From Squalus acanthias (lineage: Eukaryota), in the NCBI GenBank assembly GCA_030390025.1, contig CM059431.1, positions 158,102,001 through 158,166,000 on the forward strand: a stretch of 64,000 bases of DNA, read 5' to 3'. A program made the position numbers and the translations under genes. The notes beneath the pieces were generated by a model. It did not search any database, was not told the DNA's origin, and saw nothing but the letters and a program-made list of their open reading frames with translations. Shown piece after piece: positions 11,807 to 23,547 of this stretch (position 1 is the first letter of the stretch; each line of letters begins with the position of its first letter).

Positions 11807-13492
11807 TTTCTGATCTCACTGCGCCCATTCTACCCGGGTTACACACTGTCAGAGCTTACTGTGTCCATCCCCCCCAGGGTTAAACAATGTGTTTTCTCAT
11901 TGGAACCATTCTCCCCTTATTACACACTGACCGACATCAATGGACCCATTCTTCCTTTGTTACACTTTGCATGGTCTCACTGGGCTCATCCTCTCTTGGT
12001 TGCACACTGTCTGGTCTCCCTGGTACCATCCTCCCCGGTTTAAACACTTTCTGATCTCCCTGGGCCTATCCTCCCTGGGTTACATACTGTCGGATCTCAT
12101 TGGACTCATCCTCCCCGGTTGAAAACAGCCTAATCTTACTGGGCCCTTTATCCACGGATTACACACTGCTTGATCTCACTGGGCTCATCCTCCAGGGTTA
12201 CACACTGGCTGATCGCACTGGGACCATCCTCCCCGGGTTAAACCATTTCTGATATCACTGGATCCATCCGCCACGGATTACGCATTGTCTGATCTCACTG
12301 GGCCCATCCTCTCCAGTTACAGGCTTTCTGATCTCACTGGGCCAATCTTCCCCAGGTTACATACTGTGCAATCTCACTGGGTCCAACCTCCCCGGGTTAT
12401 AAACTGTCTGATCTCACTGGGCACAATCTCCCGGGGTTACACACTGCCTGATCTCACTTGTCCCATCCACCCCGGGTTACACACTTTCTGATCTCACTGT
12501 GCTGATCCTCCATGGATACACACTGTGTTATATCACTGGGGCACTCCTCCCCGGGTTACACTCTGTCTGCACTCACTGGCCACATCCTCCCCGGTTTTCA
12601 CACTCTCTGATCTCAGTGGGAACATTCTCCCCGTGTTTCCACTTTCTGATCTCACTGGGCCCATTCTCCCCGGGTTACACACTGTCAGATCTTACTGGGT
12701 CCATCCTCCCCGGGTTAAACAATGTGTGAACTTATTGGACCCATTCCCCACTGGTTACACACTGTCCGATCTCAATGGGTCCATTCATTCTTTGTAACAC
12801 TTTGCCTGGTCTTACTGGGCCCATCCTCCACTAGTTACACAATGTCTGGTCTCACTGGTCCCATCATCCCCCGGTTGAAAACAGCCTTATCTCACTGGGC
12901 CCATTAACCACGGGTTACACACTGCCTGAGCTCACTGGACTCATACTCCAGGGTTAGACACTTGCTGACCTCACTGGGTCCATCCTCCCCAGGTTACATA
13001 ATGACTGATCTCACTGGGCCCACCCTCCCTGGTTAACACAATGTCTGTTATCACTGGACCCGTCCAGCTCGGGTTACACACTGTCTGATCTCAGTGGGCC
13101 TCTCCTCTTCGGTTACACGCTTTCTGAACTCACTCGTTCCATCCTTCCCGGGATTACACACTGTCTGATCTCTCTGGGTCTATTCTCCATAGGCTACATA
13201 CTGTCCAATCTCATTGGGTTCGTCCTCCATTAGTTACACACGGTCTGATTAAACTGCACCCATCCTTCCCGGGTTATAGACTGACCGATCTCACTGAGTC
13301 CATCCTCCCCTTTGTTATACACTGTTTGGACTCATTCGTCCTATCCTCCCCGGGTTACAGACTGTCTGACCTCACTGGGCCTATTCTCCAAGGGACACAA
13401 AATGATTATTCTCGTTGGGCCCATGCTCCCGTGGTTACACACTGTCTGATCTCACAGGGTCCATTCTACCTGTGTTACATACTGTTTGATAT
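11807..13492 (+). repeat. 40-bp satellite array, block 2
   Basis: Same consensus and orientation as block 1. Confidence 0.95.
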
Positions 13493-16400
13493 GAGATGAG
13501 GTCCTAAAAGCTGAATAATGGGAGTTGGGAGGTAAATTTAAAAATAGGACCTCAAAGGTAGTAATCTCAGGATTGCGACCAGTGCCACGTGCTAGTCAGA
13601 GCAGAAATAGAAGGATATTTCAGATGAATACGTGGTTAGAGGAATGGTGCAAGTGGTAGGGATTCAAATTCGTGGGACATTGGAACCGGTTTTGGGGGAG
13701 GTGGGACCAGTACAAACTGGACGGTTTGCACCAGGGCAGGACCGGGACCGATGTCCTAGGGTGACAGTTTGCTAGTGGTGTTGGGGAGGCCTTGAAATGA
13801 AATGGCAGGGGGTTGAGAACCTGTGGAGGGATACAGAGGTTAGGGAAGCAAGGAAAGAAGCAAAAGACTGGAAGGAGAAAAGCAGAAGTGGAAGTCAGAG
13901 AAATCAAGGGTGTAAATGAAACATGACCACAGTAAACAATAAATCTAAAAGGTCTAAGAGTGTTAAAAACAAGCCTGAAGGCTTTGTGTCTAATGCGAGG
14001 AGCATTCGTAGTAAGGTCGATTAATTAGCTGTGCAAATAGATGTAAACGGAAATGATATATTTGGGATTACGGAGACATAGCTCCAGGGTGACCAAGGCT
14101 GGGATTTAACATCCAGCGGTATTCAATATTCAGGAAGCACAGGCAAAAAGGAAAAGGAGGTGGGGTCACATTGCTGTTTAAAGTGGAGATTAACACAATA
14201 GTAAGGAAGGATATTTACTCTGATGATGTGGAATCTGTATGGGTAGAGCTGAGAAAAACCAAGGGGCAGAAAACGTTGGTGGGAGTTGTATACAGAGCCC
14301 CAAACAGTAATGCTGAGCTTGGGGATGGCATTAAACGGGAAATTAGAGACGCGTGCAATAAGGGCACAGCAGTTATCATGGGTGACTTTTTCTTCATATA
14401 GAGTGGGCTAACCAAATTAGTAACAATACTGTGGAGGAGGAATTCCTAGAGTATATACGGGATGGTTTCCTGGAACAATATTTCGAGGAACCAACTAGAG
14501 ATCAGGCCATCTTGGACTGGGTATTATGTAGTGAGAATGGATTAATCAGTAATCTTGTCGTGCGAGGACCCTTGGGGAGGAGCGATCATAATATGATATA
14601 ATTTTTCTTTAAGATGCAGAGTGATGTAGTTGGCTCAGAGACTAGTGTATTAAATTTGAATTAAGGAAACTAAGATGGAATGAGGCGCGAGTTGGTGAGG
14701 ATTGATTGGGGAACGTTCCTTAAAAGGTTGACGGTGGAGATGCAATGGCAAACATTTAAAGATCGCATGGATGAACTACAAAATTTGCTCATCCCTCTTC
14801 GGCCTAAAAATAAAACAAAAAAGGTGACACAACCGTGGCTAACATGGGAAATTAGGGATAGCATAAGATCCAAGCAGAGGACTTATAAATTGTCCAGAAA
14901 AAGCAGCAAACTTGATGATTGGGACCAGTTTAGGATTCAGCAAAGCAGGACAAACGGTTCAATTAAGAGGAGGAAAATAGAGTATGAGAGTAAGTTTTCT
15001 AGGAACATAAAAACTGACTGTAAAAGCTTCTATACATCTGTGAAGAGAAAACGATTGGTGAAGTCAAGCATAGGTCCCTTGCAGTCAGAATCTGGGGAAT
15101 TTATAATGGGAACAAAGAAATGGCAGAGAGATTCAATACATACTTTGTTTCTGTCTTCACAAAGGAGGACACAAATAAACTCCCAGAGATTTTGGGGAAC
15201 AAAGGTTCGAATGAGAGGGAGGAACTGAATGAAATCAGTATTTGTAGGGCAATGGTGTTAGGGAAATTGACGGGATTGAATGCCAATAATTCCCCAGGGG
15301 CTGATAATCTACATTCTAGGTTACTTAAAGAAGGGTCGCAAGAAATAATAGATGCATTGCTGGTCATCTTCCCAAATTCTATCGACTTTGGAACAGTTCC
15401 CATGGATTGGAGAGCAGCTAATGTAACCCCACTATTTAAAAAAGGGGGTAGAGAGAAAACGGGGAATTATAGACCAGCAAGCCTGACATCGGTAGAGTGG
15501 AAAATGCTAGAGACCATTATAAAAGATGTAATAGCAGAGCACTTGCAAAACAGTGACAGGATCGGACAAAGTCAACATGGATGTACAAAAGGTAAATCAT
15601 GCTTGACTAATCTACTGGAATTTTTTGAGGACGTAACTAGTAGAGCAGATAAAGGAGAACCAGTGGATGTGGTGTATTTGGACTTTCAGAAGTCTTTCGA
15701 TAAGCTCCCGCATAAGAGATTAACGTGCAAAGTTAAAGCACATGGGATTGTGTGTAAGGTACTAACTTGGATAAACAACTGGTTGGCAGACAGGAAGCAA
15801 AGAGTTGGAATAAACATGTATTTTTCCGAGTGGCAGGCAGTGACTAGTGGTTTACCGCATGAATCGGTGCTAGGACACCAGCTATTCACAACATGTATTA
15901 ATGATCTAGACGACGGAACTAGATATAACATCTCCAAGTTTGCAGACGACACAAAACTGGGTGGGCGTGTGGGCTGTGAGGAGGATGCAGAGAAACTCCA
16001 GAATGATTTGGGCACGTTGGGTGATTGGACAGATGCATGGCAAATGCAGTATAATGTGTATAAATGCGAGGTTCTCCACTTTGGTGACAAAAAGAGAAAG
16101 GCAGATTATTATCTGAACGGCAATAGATTGGGAAAAGGGGAAATACAACGAGACCTGGGTGTCCTTGTGCACCAGTCGCTGAAGGTAAGCATGCAGGTGC
16201 AGTAGGCGGTTAAGAATTCAAATGATATGTTGGCCTTCATAGCGAGAGGATTCGCGTACAGGAGGAAGGATGTCTTGCTGCACTTGTACAGGGCCTTGGT
16301 GAGACCATACCTTGAGTATTGTGTGCAGTTTTGGTCACCTTATCTGAGGAAGGATGTTCTTGCCATGGAGGGAAAGCAGCGAAGATTCACCAGACTGATA

Positions 16401-16877
16401 CCTGGGAAGGCAGGAATGATGTATGAAGAGAGATTGTTTCGATTAGGCTTATATTCGCTATAGTTCAGAAGAATGAGAGCTGATCTCATTGAAACTTATA
16501 AAATTCTAACAGGACTGGACAGACTAGATGCAGGAAGGATGCTCCCTTTGGCGGGGGCGTCCCGAACCCGGGGTCACGGTCTAAAGTTAAAGGGTAAGCC
16601 ATTTAGGACTGAGATGAGGAGGAATTACTTCACCCAGAGAGTGTTGAAACTATGGAATTCTCAACCACAGAAGGCAGTTGAGGTCAATTCACTAAATATA
16701 TTCAAGAAGGAGTTAGATATATTCCTTAAGGCTAAGGGGATCCAGAGATATGGGGAGAAAGCAGGGAGAGGGTACTGAATTTGGATGATCAGCCATGATC
16801 GCATTGAATGGCGGTGCAGGCTTTAGCGGCCGAATGTCCGGCTCCTGCAACTATCTTCTATATTTCGATGTTTCTAT
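13493..16877 (+). mobile_element. CR1 LINE (ORF1 C-terminus, APE, RT, 3' UTR) inserted in the satellite
   Basis: ORF 15120..16205 encodes RT (NYRP.SLTS, VYLDFQK.FDK, KFADDTKLGG). APE motifs (IMGDF) lie upstream, and the 3' tail is ttctatatttcgatgtttcta. Possible TSD tgatat. Confidence 0.95.
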
Positions 16878-18665
16878 GATATCACTGGGCCCATCCTCCC
16901 CGGGTCATAAACTGACTGCTCTCACTTGGCAGTTCCTCCCCGGGTTATAAACTTTCTGCTCTCACTGGGCCCATCCTCCCTGGATTATACAATGTCTGAT
17001 CTCACGGTATCCAACCTCCCATGGTTACACAATGTCTGATCTCACTGGACCCATCCTCCCTGGATTAGACACTGTCTGATCTCACTGGGCCCATCCGCCC
17101 CTGGTTATAAACTGTCTGATCACACTGGGCCCATCCACCCCGGGTTACATACTGTCTGGTCTCACTGAGCCCATCATCCCCGGGTTACACACACCCTGAT
17201 CTCACTGGGCCCATCATGCCCGGAATTTAAACTGTGTGATCTCACTGGATCAATCCTCCCCGGGAATACACTGGCTGATCTCACTGTGCCCAACTCTCCC
17301 CGGGTTACACACGGTCTGATCTCAATGTGCCCATCCTCCACGTGTTACACACTGTCTCCTCTCACTGCCCAACCTCCCCGGATTATACACTGTCTGATCT
17401 GAATGGGCACATCTACACACTGTCTAGTCTCACTGGGCCCATCCTCCCCGGGTGACACACCATCTGCTCTCACTGGGCCCATCATCTACAGGTTACATAA
17501 TCGCTGCTCTCACTGGGCACATCCTCTCCGGATTACACACTGTCTGTTCTCACTTGGCCCATCCTGCCCGAGTTACACACTGTCTGATCTCACTTGGCCC
17601 ATCCTCCCCGTGTTACACAACGTCTGATCTCACTGGATATATCCTCTCCGGGTTACACACTTTCTGATCTCACTGTACCCACCCTCTAAGGGCTACACGC
17701 TGTCTGATCTCACGGAGCACATCCTCCCGGGTTACACACAGTCTGATCGCGATGGGTCCATCATCGCTGGGTTACAAAATGTCGGATCTCACTGGGCCCA
17801 AGCTCCGCGGGTTAAACATTGTCTGAACTCACTGGAACAATCCTCCAAGGGAACACACGGTCTCATTTCGCTGGGCATATAATCCCCTTGTTACACACTC
17901 TCTGCTCTCACTGGACCCATCGTCTGCGCCTTACACACTTGCTGCTCTCACTCTGCCTATCCTTCCCGGATTATACACGATCTGACCTCACTGTGCCCAG
18001 CCTCCCCGCGTTACACACTGTCATATTTAACTTGGTCCATTCTCTCCTGGTTAGACACTGCCTGATCTCACTGACCCATCCTATCTTTGTTACACCTTGT
18101 CTGTTATCACTGGGACCATCCGCCCCGTGCTACACACTGTCTGATCTCACTGGACCCATCATCCCCGCGTTACACACTGTCTGATCACAGTGGGTCCCTC
18201 CTCCCCGGGTTAAACACTGGCTGCTCTCACTGGACCCATCCTCAACGGCATTCACACTGTCTGCTCTCACTGGGCCCATATTCCGTCATTATACACTGTC
18301 AGATCTCACTGGGCCCATCCTCCCCGGGTTACAAACTTCCTGATTTCACTGGGCCCATCCTCCCCATGGTACACATTGTCTGATTTCAATGTACCGATCC
18401 TCCCCGGGTTACATACTGTCTGATCTCACTGGGCACATTTTCCCGGGGTTACAAACTGATTGTTCTTGTTGGGCCGATCCTCTCGGGATTACACATTGTC
18501 TGATCTCACTGGGCTCAACATCCCCAGATAATACACTGCCTGATCTCACTTGGCCGTTCCTCCCAGGTTACACAATGTCTGATCTCACTGGACCCATCCT
18601 CCACGGGATACACACTGACTGATCTCACTTGGCCCATTTTCCCCGGGTTACACACTGTCTGATCT
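16878..18665 (+). repeat. 40-bp satellite array, block 3
   Basis: Same consensus; ends abruptly at ...cacactgtctgatct|agaga, where the right duplication arm begins. Confidence 0.95.
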
Positions 18666-18988
18666 AGAGATTAAGAGATTTTCTTTTACAGTTCATCTAG
18701 AGCCAGCTTTTGTTTCGTAACTAGTCCCATTATCATCTCGTTTTGCCTTGCACCATCTCTTAATTTCTCTTAATGTCTCTTAATCTCTCCTGCCTTCCAT
18801 CTAGAGCGATCATTTGTTTCTTAACTTGCCCCATTTCCATCTCCCTTTGCCTTGCACCATCTCATAATGTCTCTTAATCTCTGCTGCCTTCCATCCTTTC
18901 ACAGACCTTCCCGTTTGTTATTTCCTCCCCTCACTTCTTTCCCTGCCCCTAAACTTGCTTAAAGACCAGCTCGAACTCCAGGTTTTTC

Positions 18989-19027
18989 CAGTCCTGACGA
19001 AGGGTTATCCACCTGAAACGTTGACTG
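18989..19027 (+). ncRNA. Minimal hammerhead ribozyme motif with a variant helix I
   Basis: cagtc-CTGACGA-agggttatccacct-GAAA-cgtt-gactg. Helix I is cagtc/gactg here and agtt/aact in the other copies. Confidence 0.65.
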
Positions 19028-19940
19028 TGAAGAGGCTTCAAGTGGATCTCGACAGGTTCAGTGAGTGGGCGAGAACATGGCAGATGGAATATAATGTGGG
19101 TATATATAAAGCTATACACGTTGGTAGAAAAAACATAAAGGCACAGTATTTCCTAAATGGTGAAAGATTGGGGAATGCAGATGCTCAAAGGGACCTGGGT
19201 GTCCTTGTACATGAGTCACTGAAAGTGAATGTCCAGGTGCAGCAAGCCATTCGGAATGCAAATGGTATGCTGTCTTTCATTACAGGAGAATTTGAGTACA
19301 GGAGTAAAGACGTCTTACTCCAATTATATAGGGTTTTGGTGAGACCACACCTGGAGTACTTTTTACATTTTGTTCTCCTTACCTAAGGTAGAATATACTT
19401 GCCATAGAGGGAGAGCAAAGAAGGTTCACGAGATTGATTACTGGGATGGCGGGATTGTCGTATGAGAAGAGATTGAGTAAACTAGGCCTGTATTCTCATG
19501 AATTCAGAAGAATGAAAGGGGATCTCATTGAAGCATACAAAATTATTACAGTGTTTGATAGGGTCGATCCTGGGAGAATGTTTCCCTTTGCTGGGGAGTC
19601 TAAAACCAGTGCCACAGCCTCAGGATAAAGGGTAGGCCATTCAGGACTGAGATGAGAAGTAATTTATTCACACAGAGGGTGGTGAATCTTTTGAATGCTC
19701 TACCCCTGAGGGCTGTGGAGCCTCATTCAGTGGGTATATTCAACACAGAAGTCGATAGATTTCTGACTAGTAAGGGCATCAAGGGATATTGCGATAGGGC
19801 CGGTGAATGGAGTTGAGTAAACTAGGCCTGAAAACTAGGGAGTTGAGAAGATCAGCCATGATCTCATTGAATGGCGGAGCAGGCTCGAAGGGCCGTATGG
19901 CCTACCCCTGCTCCTAATTCTTATGTTCTTATGTTGTTAT
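19028..19940 (+). mobile_element. CR1 LINE 3' fragment
   Basis: RT C-terminal ORFs (WQMEYNV, LVRPHLEY, MKGDLIEAYK), a 3' stem-loop and a (ttcttatg)n tail. Confidence 0.9.
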
Positions 19941-20274
19941 TTTCTAGCAAGGATTAGCCATCTTAACTTTCGGCCAAATGCAGGTAATGCACGGATTTAT
20001 ATGTAGTGGCCGAATAAATCACAGAATAACGATGCCAGTTAAATTGAAATATGTAACGTCACAAGGGATTGCTTACGAGACGTTTAAAAGACTAAACTTA
20101 CCTCCAATGACACTGAGGTTATTTTCTTAAAATTGGGAAGTTGCAGCTTTAGCTAAGCAGCGTCACCTGGTGGCAGCAGCGAGCAGCTGTCGCAGTGAAT
20201 TTGTGTTGATTCGCATTATAATTTGAACATATTGTAAAACCAGGTGAACTTCAGGTGGAGAACGGTAGATGCCT

Positions 20275-20490
20275 CATACCCTGGAATTCCCTCACGAAAC
20301 GCCTCCGCTCCTAAAAACGCTGTCATTCCTTAAGCATCTGCTTGAAACCTACTTTTTTGACTGCACTCTTATTATATATTTCAATGGTCCGGATGTGTGT
20401 GTTCTCCTGTTAATTAAAATTTACTGCAGGCACCTTGGAGTAATTACTTATCCACGTTGAACGCGCTATATAAATGCTAGTTGTTCTTGA
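20275..20490 (+). mobile_element. Degenerate L2-type LINE 3' end
   Basis: Resembles 45440-45660 (ctggaattccctc...gcgctatataaatgctagttgtt). Confidence 0.5.
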
Positions 20491-20779
20491 TGGCAAATTG
20501 TCTTTCATTAATAAAGCTATCCCTCGCGGCTTTCTCCACCCCATCCGTTTGAGTTTTGTTCTCAGGTATATTCAATTGTGGAATTGTAAAAGCTAACATC
20601 ATATTTTAGCTACATTGTTGATGATTGCTTGATTATTTTCTATTGATACGAATAACAATTACCCGAATGTTATTTTCTTGTACTCGGTGTATTGATATCC
20701 ATTACGTTTAATGTGAGTGCCATTGGCTACACAAGATTTCAAATTTGGGTTCTATTATCCCAATTTACTTTTCTTTGTA

Positions 20780-20928
20780 AGAAAGAAGGAAATAAAGAAG
20801 GAAAGAAAGAAACAAAGACAGAAAGAAAGAAAAAAGAAAGACAGAAAGACAGAAAGACAGAGATGAAGAAAGAAAGACAGAAAGAAAGACAGAAAGAAAG
20901 AAAGATAGAAAGAAAGAAAGCAAGAAAG
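20780..20928 (+). repeat. (GAAA/GACA)n microsatellite
   Basis: Direct reading; a shorter inverted copy lies at ~3985-4050. Confidence 0.9.
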
Positions 20929-20969
20929 GTACATCATTTAGCGCTTCATTCTTTGAATCTCTATATATT

Positions 20970-21689
20970 GGCCCAAAAATTCGTGAGGAAGCCTTCGTGC
21001 GAGGGTAAGGCCTCCCCGCGATCTCTCACTGCGCGTTGGCTTTTTCAGTTCCAGCTCGCACGAACTTGATGTTCTGGACAGCTGCTGTGCAGTGCTTGCG
21101 TATCCCACCGGCGTAGTTAATTCGTGCGAGCTGTGGGATCACGTGACTCAGTTAGAGCCAATGGCAGCACAGCATCTTCCATTCATACCTTTCACATAAG
21201 TGCTGTGAAAGCTATGAATACTATAGCCACCCAAAAGAACCTCTAAACCTCAATTAAATTTAAAAAAAACATCACATTAATAAAATAAGTATAGTTAAAT
21301 AAATTAACCATTTTAAATAAAAAATTAAATTTTTGAAAACATTTACAATCTTTTAAAAAGTTATAAAAATAAACTTACCTGTCTTTAACGTCTCTAAAAA
21401 AGATATACCTGTTAAAAAAAATTCAAAAGAATACTTAATTCACTACTTACCTTGTTAAAAGTGGGTCTTACTCCTCCTTTTTTTATGTGTAGAATCTTCC
21501 GTACTTACCTGCGCGTTGAAACCACTAAGTGCACTGCATGCGCGCAGCCTGTAGCGCGCACGCGGTTTACCTAGGACCCGCCCCCTTTTCCATTCACCAA
21601 GTGCCGGTTTTCAGCGCATGCGCAGTGCATGCAGAAAACCGGCAATTGGAGACAGAATACGCGAGAGTACGCACACTAATTTTTGTGCC
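20970..21689. mobile_element. PIF/Harbinger-type MITE, copy A
   Basis: TIRs ggcccaaaaatt / aatttttgtgcc, flanked by a 3-bp ATT duplication. Internal sequence is shared with 33277-34038. Confidence 0.75.
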
Positions 21690-21699
21690 ATTATATATT

Positions 21700-22425
21700 G
21701 GCCTAGACATTCGCGTGGCCGGCTATAGTAAAATAAATTAACCACCTTAAACAAAAATTTAAATTTTTGAAAAAATTAAAATACTTTTTAAAAGTTATAA
21801 AAATAAACTTACCTTTCTTTAAAGTATCTAAAAAAGATAAACCAGTTGAAAAAATATTACAATTATACTTTATTAACTACTTACCTTGTTCAAAAGGTGT
21901 CTTACGCCTCCTTTTTATTAGCGTAGAATCTTCAATACTTACCAAAATTACAACAGAAAACGCTGGAAAAACACAGCTGGCGAGGCAGCATCCCTGGAGA
22001 GAGAAACAGAGTTAACTTTTCAGGTCGAGACCTTTCATCAGAACTGGGAACAGCAGGAAATCAAACAGATTTAAGGCAAGGATAAACCTTGAAACGTTAA
22101 CTCTGTTTCTCTCTCCACGGATGCTGCCTCGCCTGCTGAGTTTTTCCAGCGTTTTCTGTTGTTATTTCGGATTTCCAGCATCTGCAGTATTTTGCTATCG
22201 CTTCAATACTTACCCTCGCGTTGAAACCTCAAAAAAAATCTAAGTGTGCTGCGTGCGAATTGCATATAGCGCGCACGCGGTTCCCCTAGGAACCGTCCCC
22301 TTCACCATACCGGAAGTTCGGGTTTCCCGCGCATGCGCAGTGCATGCAGGAAAACGACTCCTCGGGAAGGAATACGGGTGAGTACGGACTGTGTACTCAC
22401 CCGTGGACGGCCCAACTTTTGGGCC
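21700..22425. mobile_element. PIF/Harbinger-type MITE, copy B (contains a nested fold-back element)
   Basis: Ends ggcctagacattcg / ccaacttttgggcc, preceded by ATT; same family as copy A. Confidence 0.7.
21944..22200. mobile_element. Fold-back Penelope-like-derived element with a hammerhead motif
   Basis: Perfect 14-bp TSD cttcaatacttacc (21930-21943 / 22201-22214), inverted arms, an HHR motif on minus at ~22010-22046, and a ~33-nt unpaired 3' tail. Confidence 0.85.
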
Positions 22426-23034
22426 TTAGCATTAGGCAAACATATGAAAGTCACGACTAATGTTAATTGTTCAACAGCATCTGCTGATTCCAAGGCATTA
22501 CATATAATCTGGAGTCTCAGATCATCGTCTGGAACAGTTATAGGTTCATTTTATGGACATACGCTTCCATATAAATATATATTTATTCATTTATTCAAGG
22601 AAGGTGGGCGTCGCTGTCAAGGCCAGCATTTATTGCCCATCACAAATTGTCCCTGAGAAGGTTGGTGACTGAGCGGGACGTATTTTGAGATTAGTTAGAT
22701 TAAAACATTATGGGTGAAATTCGAATTTGGCGGGAAGTAAAACGAGCTTTATCACATCTGCCGCCCGTTATGCGCTCGGTCCATGTTGCCTTCCATTGAC
22801 CAATGGAACTGGGTATCGGGCAGCTTGAAGTTGGTGCAATTTGTGTCGTGCTCTGGTCTCCTAATGTGTTTAACTATTTGAAGCGGAGGTTTCAATCTGA
22901 AAATTATTGGTATTCATGGTTGTAAGAAATCTCCACTTCAGTCCCAAATATGCAATTTTTTTGTATTTTGATAACAAATATATGCATGTCTGTGCTTTTT
23001 ACATATACATACATATTATGTATGTTTTGATGTA

Positions 23035-23040
<6 letters not shown>

Positions 23041-23093
<53 letters not shown>
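23041..23093. repeat. (TA)n microsatellite
   Basis: Direct reading; the paralogous site in the left arm (~3309-3323) is much shorter. Confidence 0.95.
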
Positions 23094-23097
<4 letters not shown>

Positions 23098-23184
23098 CAT
23101 ATATACAGACAGACACATATTTTATATATGTAGATTATGAAGAGAATGGCATTTTTCGGACAAAACTAGGTGGTAATGCTTACT

Positions 23185-23547
23185 GATACCCGAAAAACGA
23201 TTTCGCCTCCATATAGAATACACCATAAAGATTGAGCATAAAAGTATCAAATTCAAAGGTATAACATACAGTAAAATAATGGATTTCCTTCGTCTCTCAA
23301 TCTCTGGGTCTCTGGGACTCTCCCCACTGCTGTGACCCCAGAGTCTCCTACGATCTCTGCTGGCCACTAAAATGTTTCTGACGGTTAACGCATTGAGCAG
23401 CAGAATAAAGCAATGGAATGCCCGGGTTAGAGTAAAATTAAGGAAGACATTTGCTGCCGTGATCCGTGACATAACAACATTGTTCGTTACATGACGAAAG
23501 GAGGGGACATTCATAACGCATATTGACCTGTGCACATTAAATGCCAG
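23185..23547 (-). pseudogene. GPR139/142-like GPCR fragment, right-arm copy
   Basis: ORF 23122..23550 encodes ILLLNALTVRNILVASRDRRRLWGHSSGESPRDPEIERRRKSIILLYVI. Confidence 0.75.

Noticed and set aside
6922..18665. CRISPR-like regular repeats and many repetitive ORFs (HCLISLGPSSPGYTLSDLTGPILPG)
   Set aside because: The units are head-to-tail with no unique spacers, there are no cas genes, and the context is vertebrate. The ORFs are translations of the 40-bp satellite in rotating frames.
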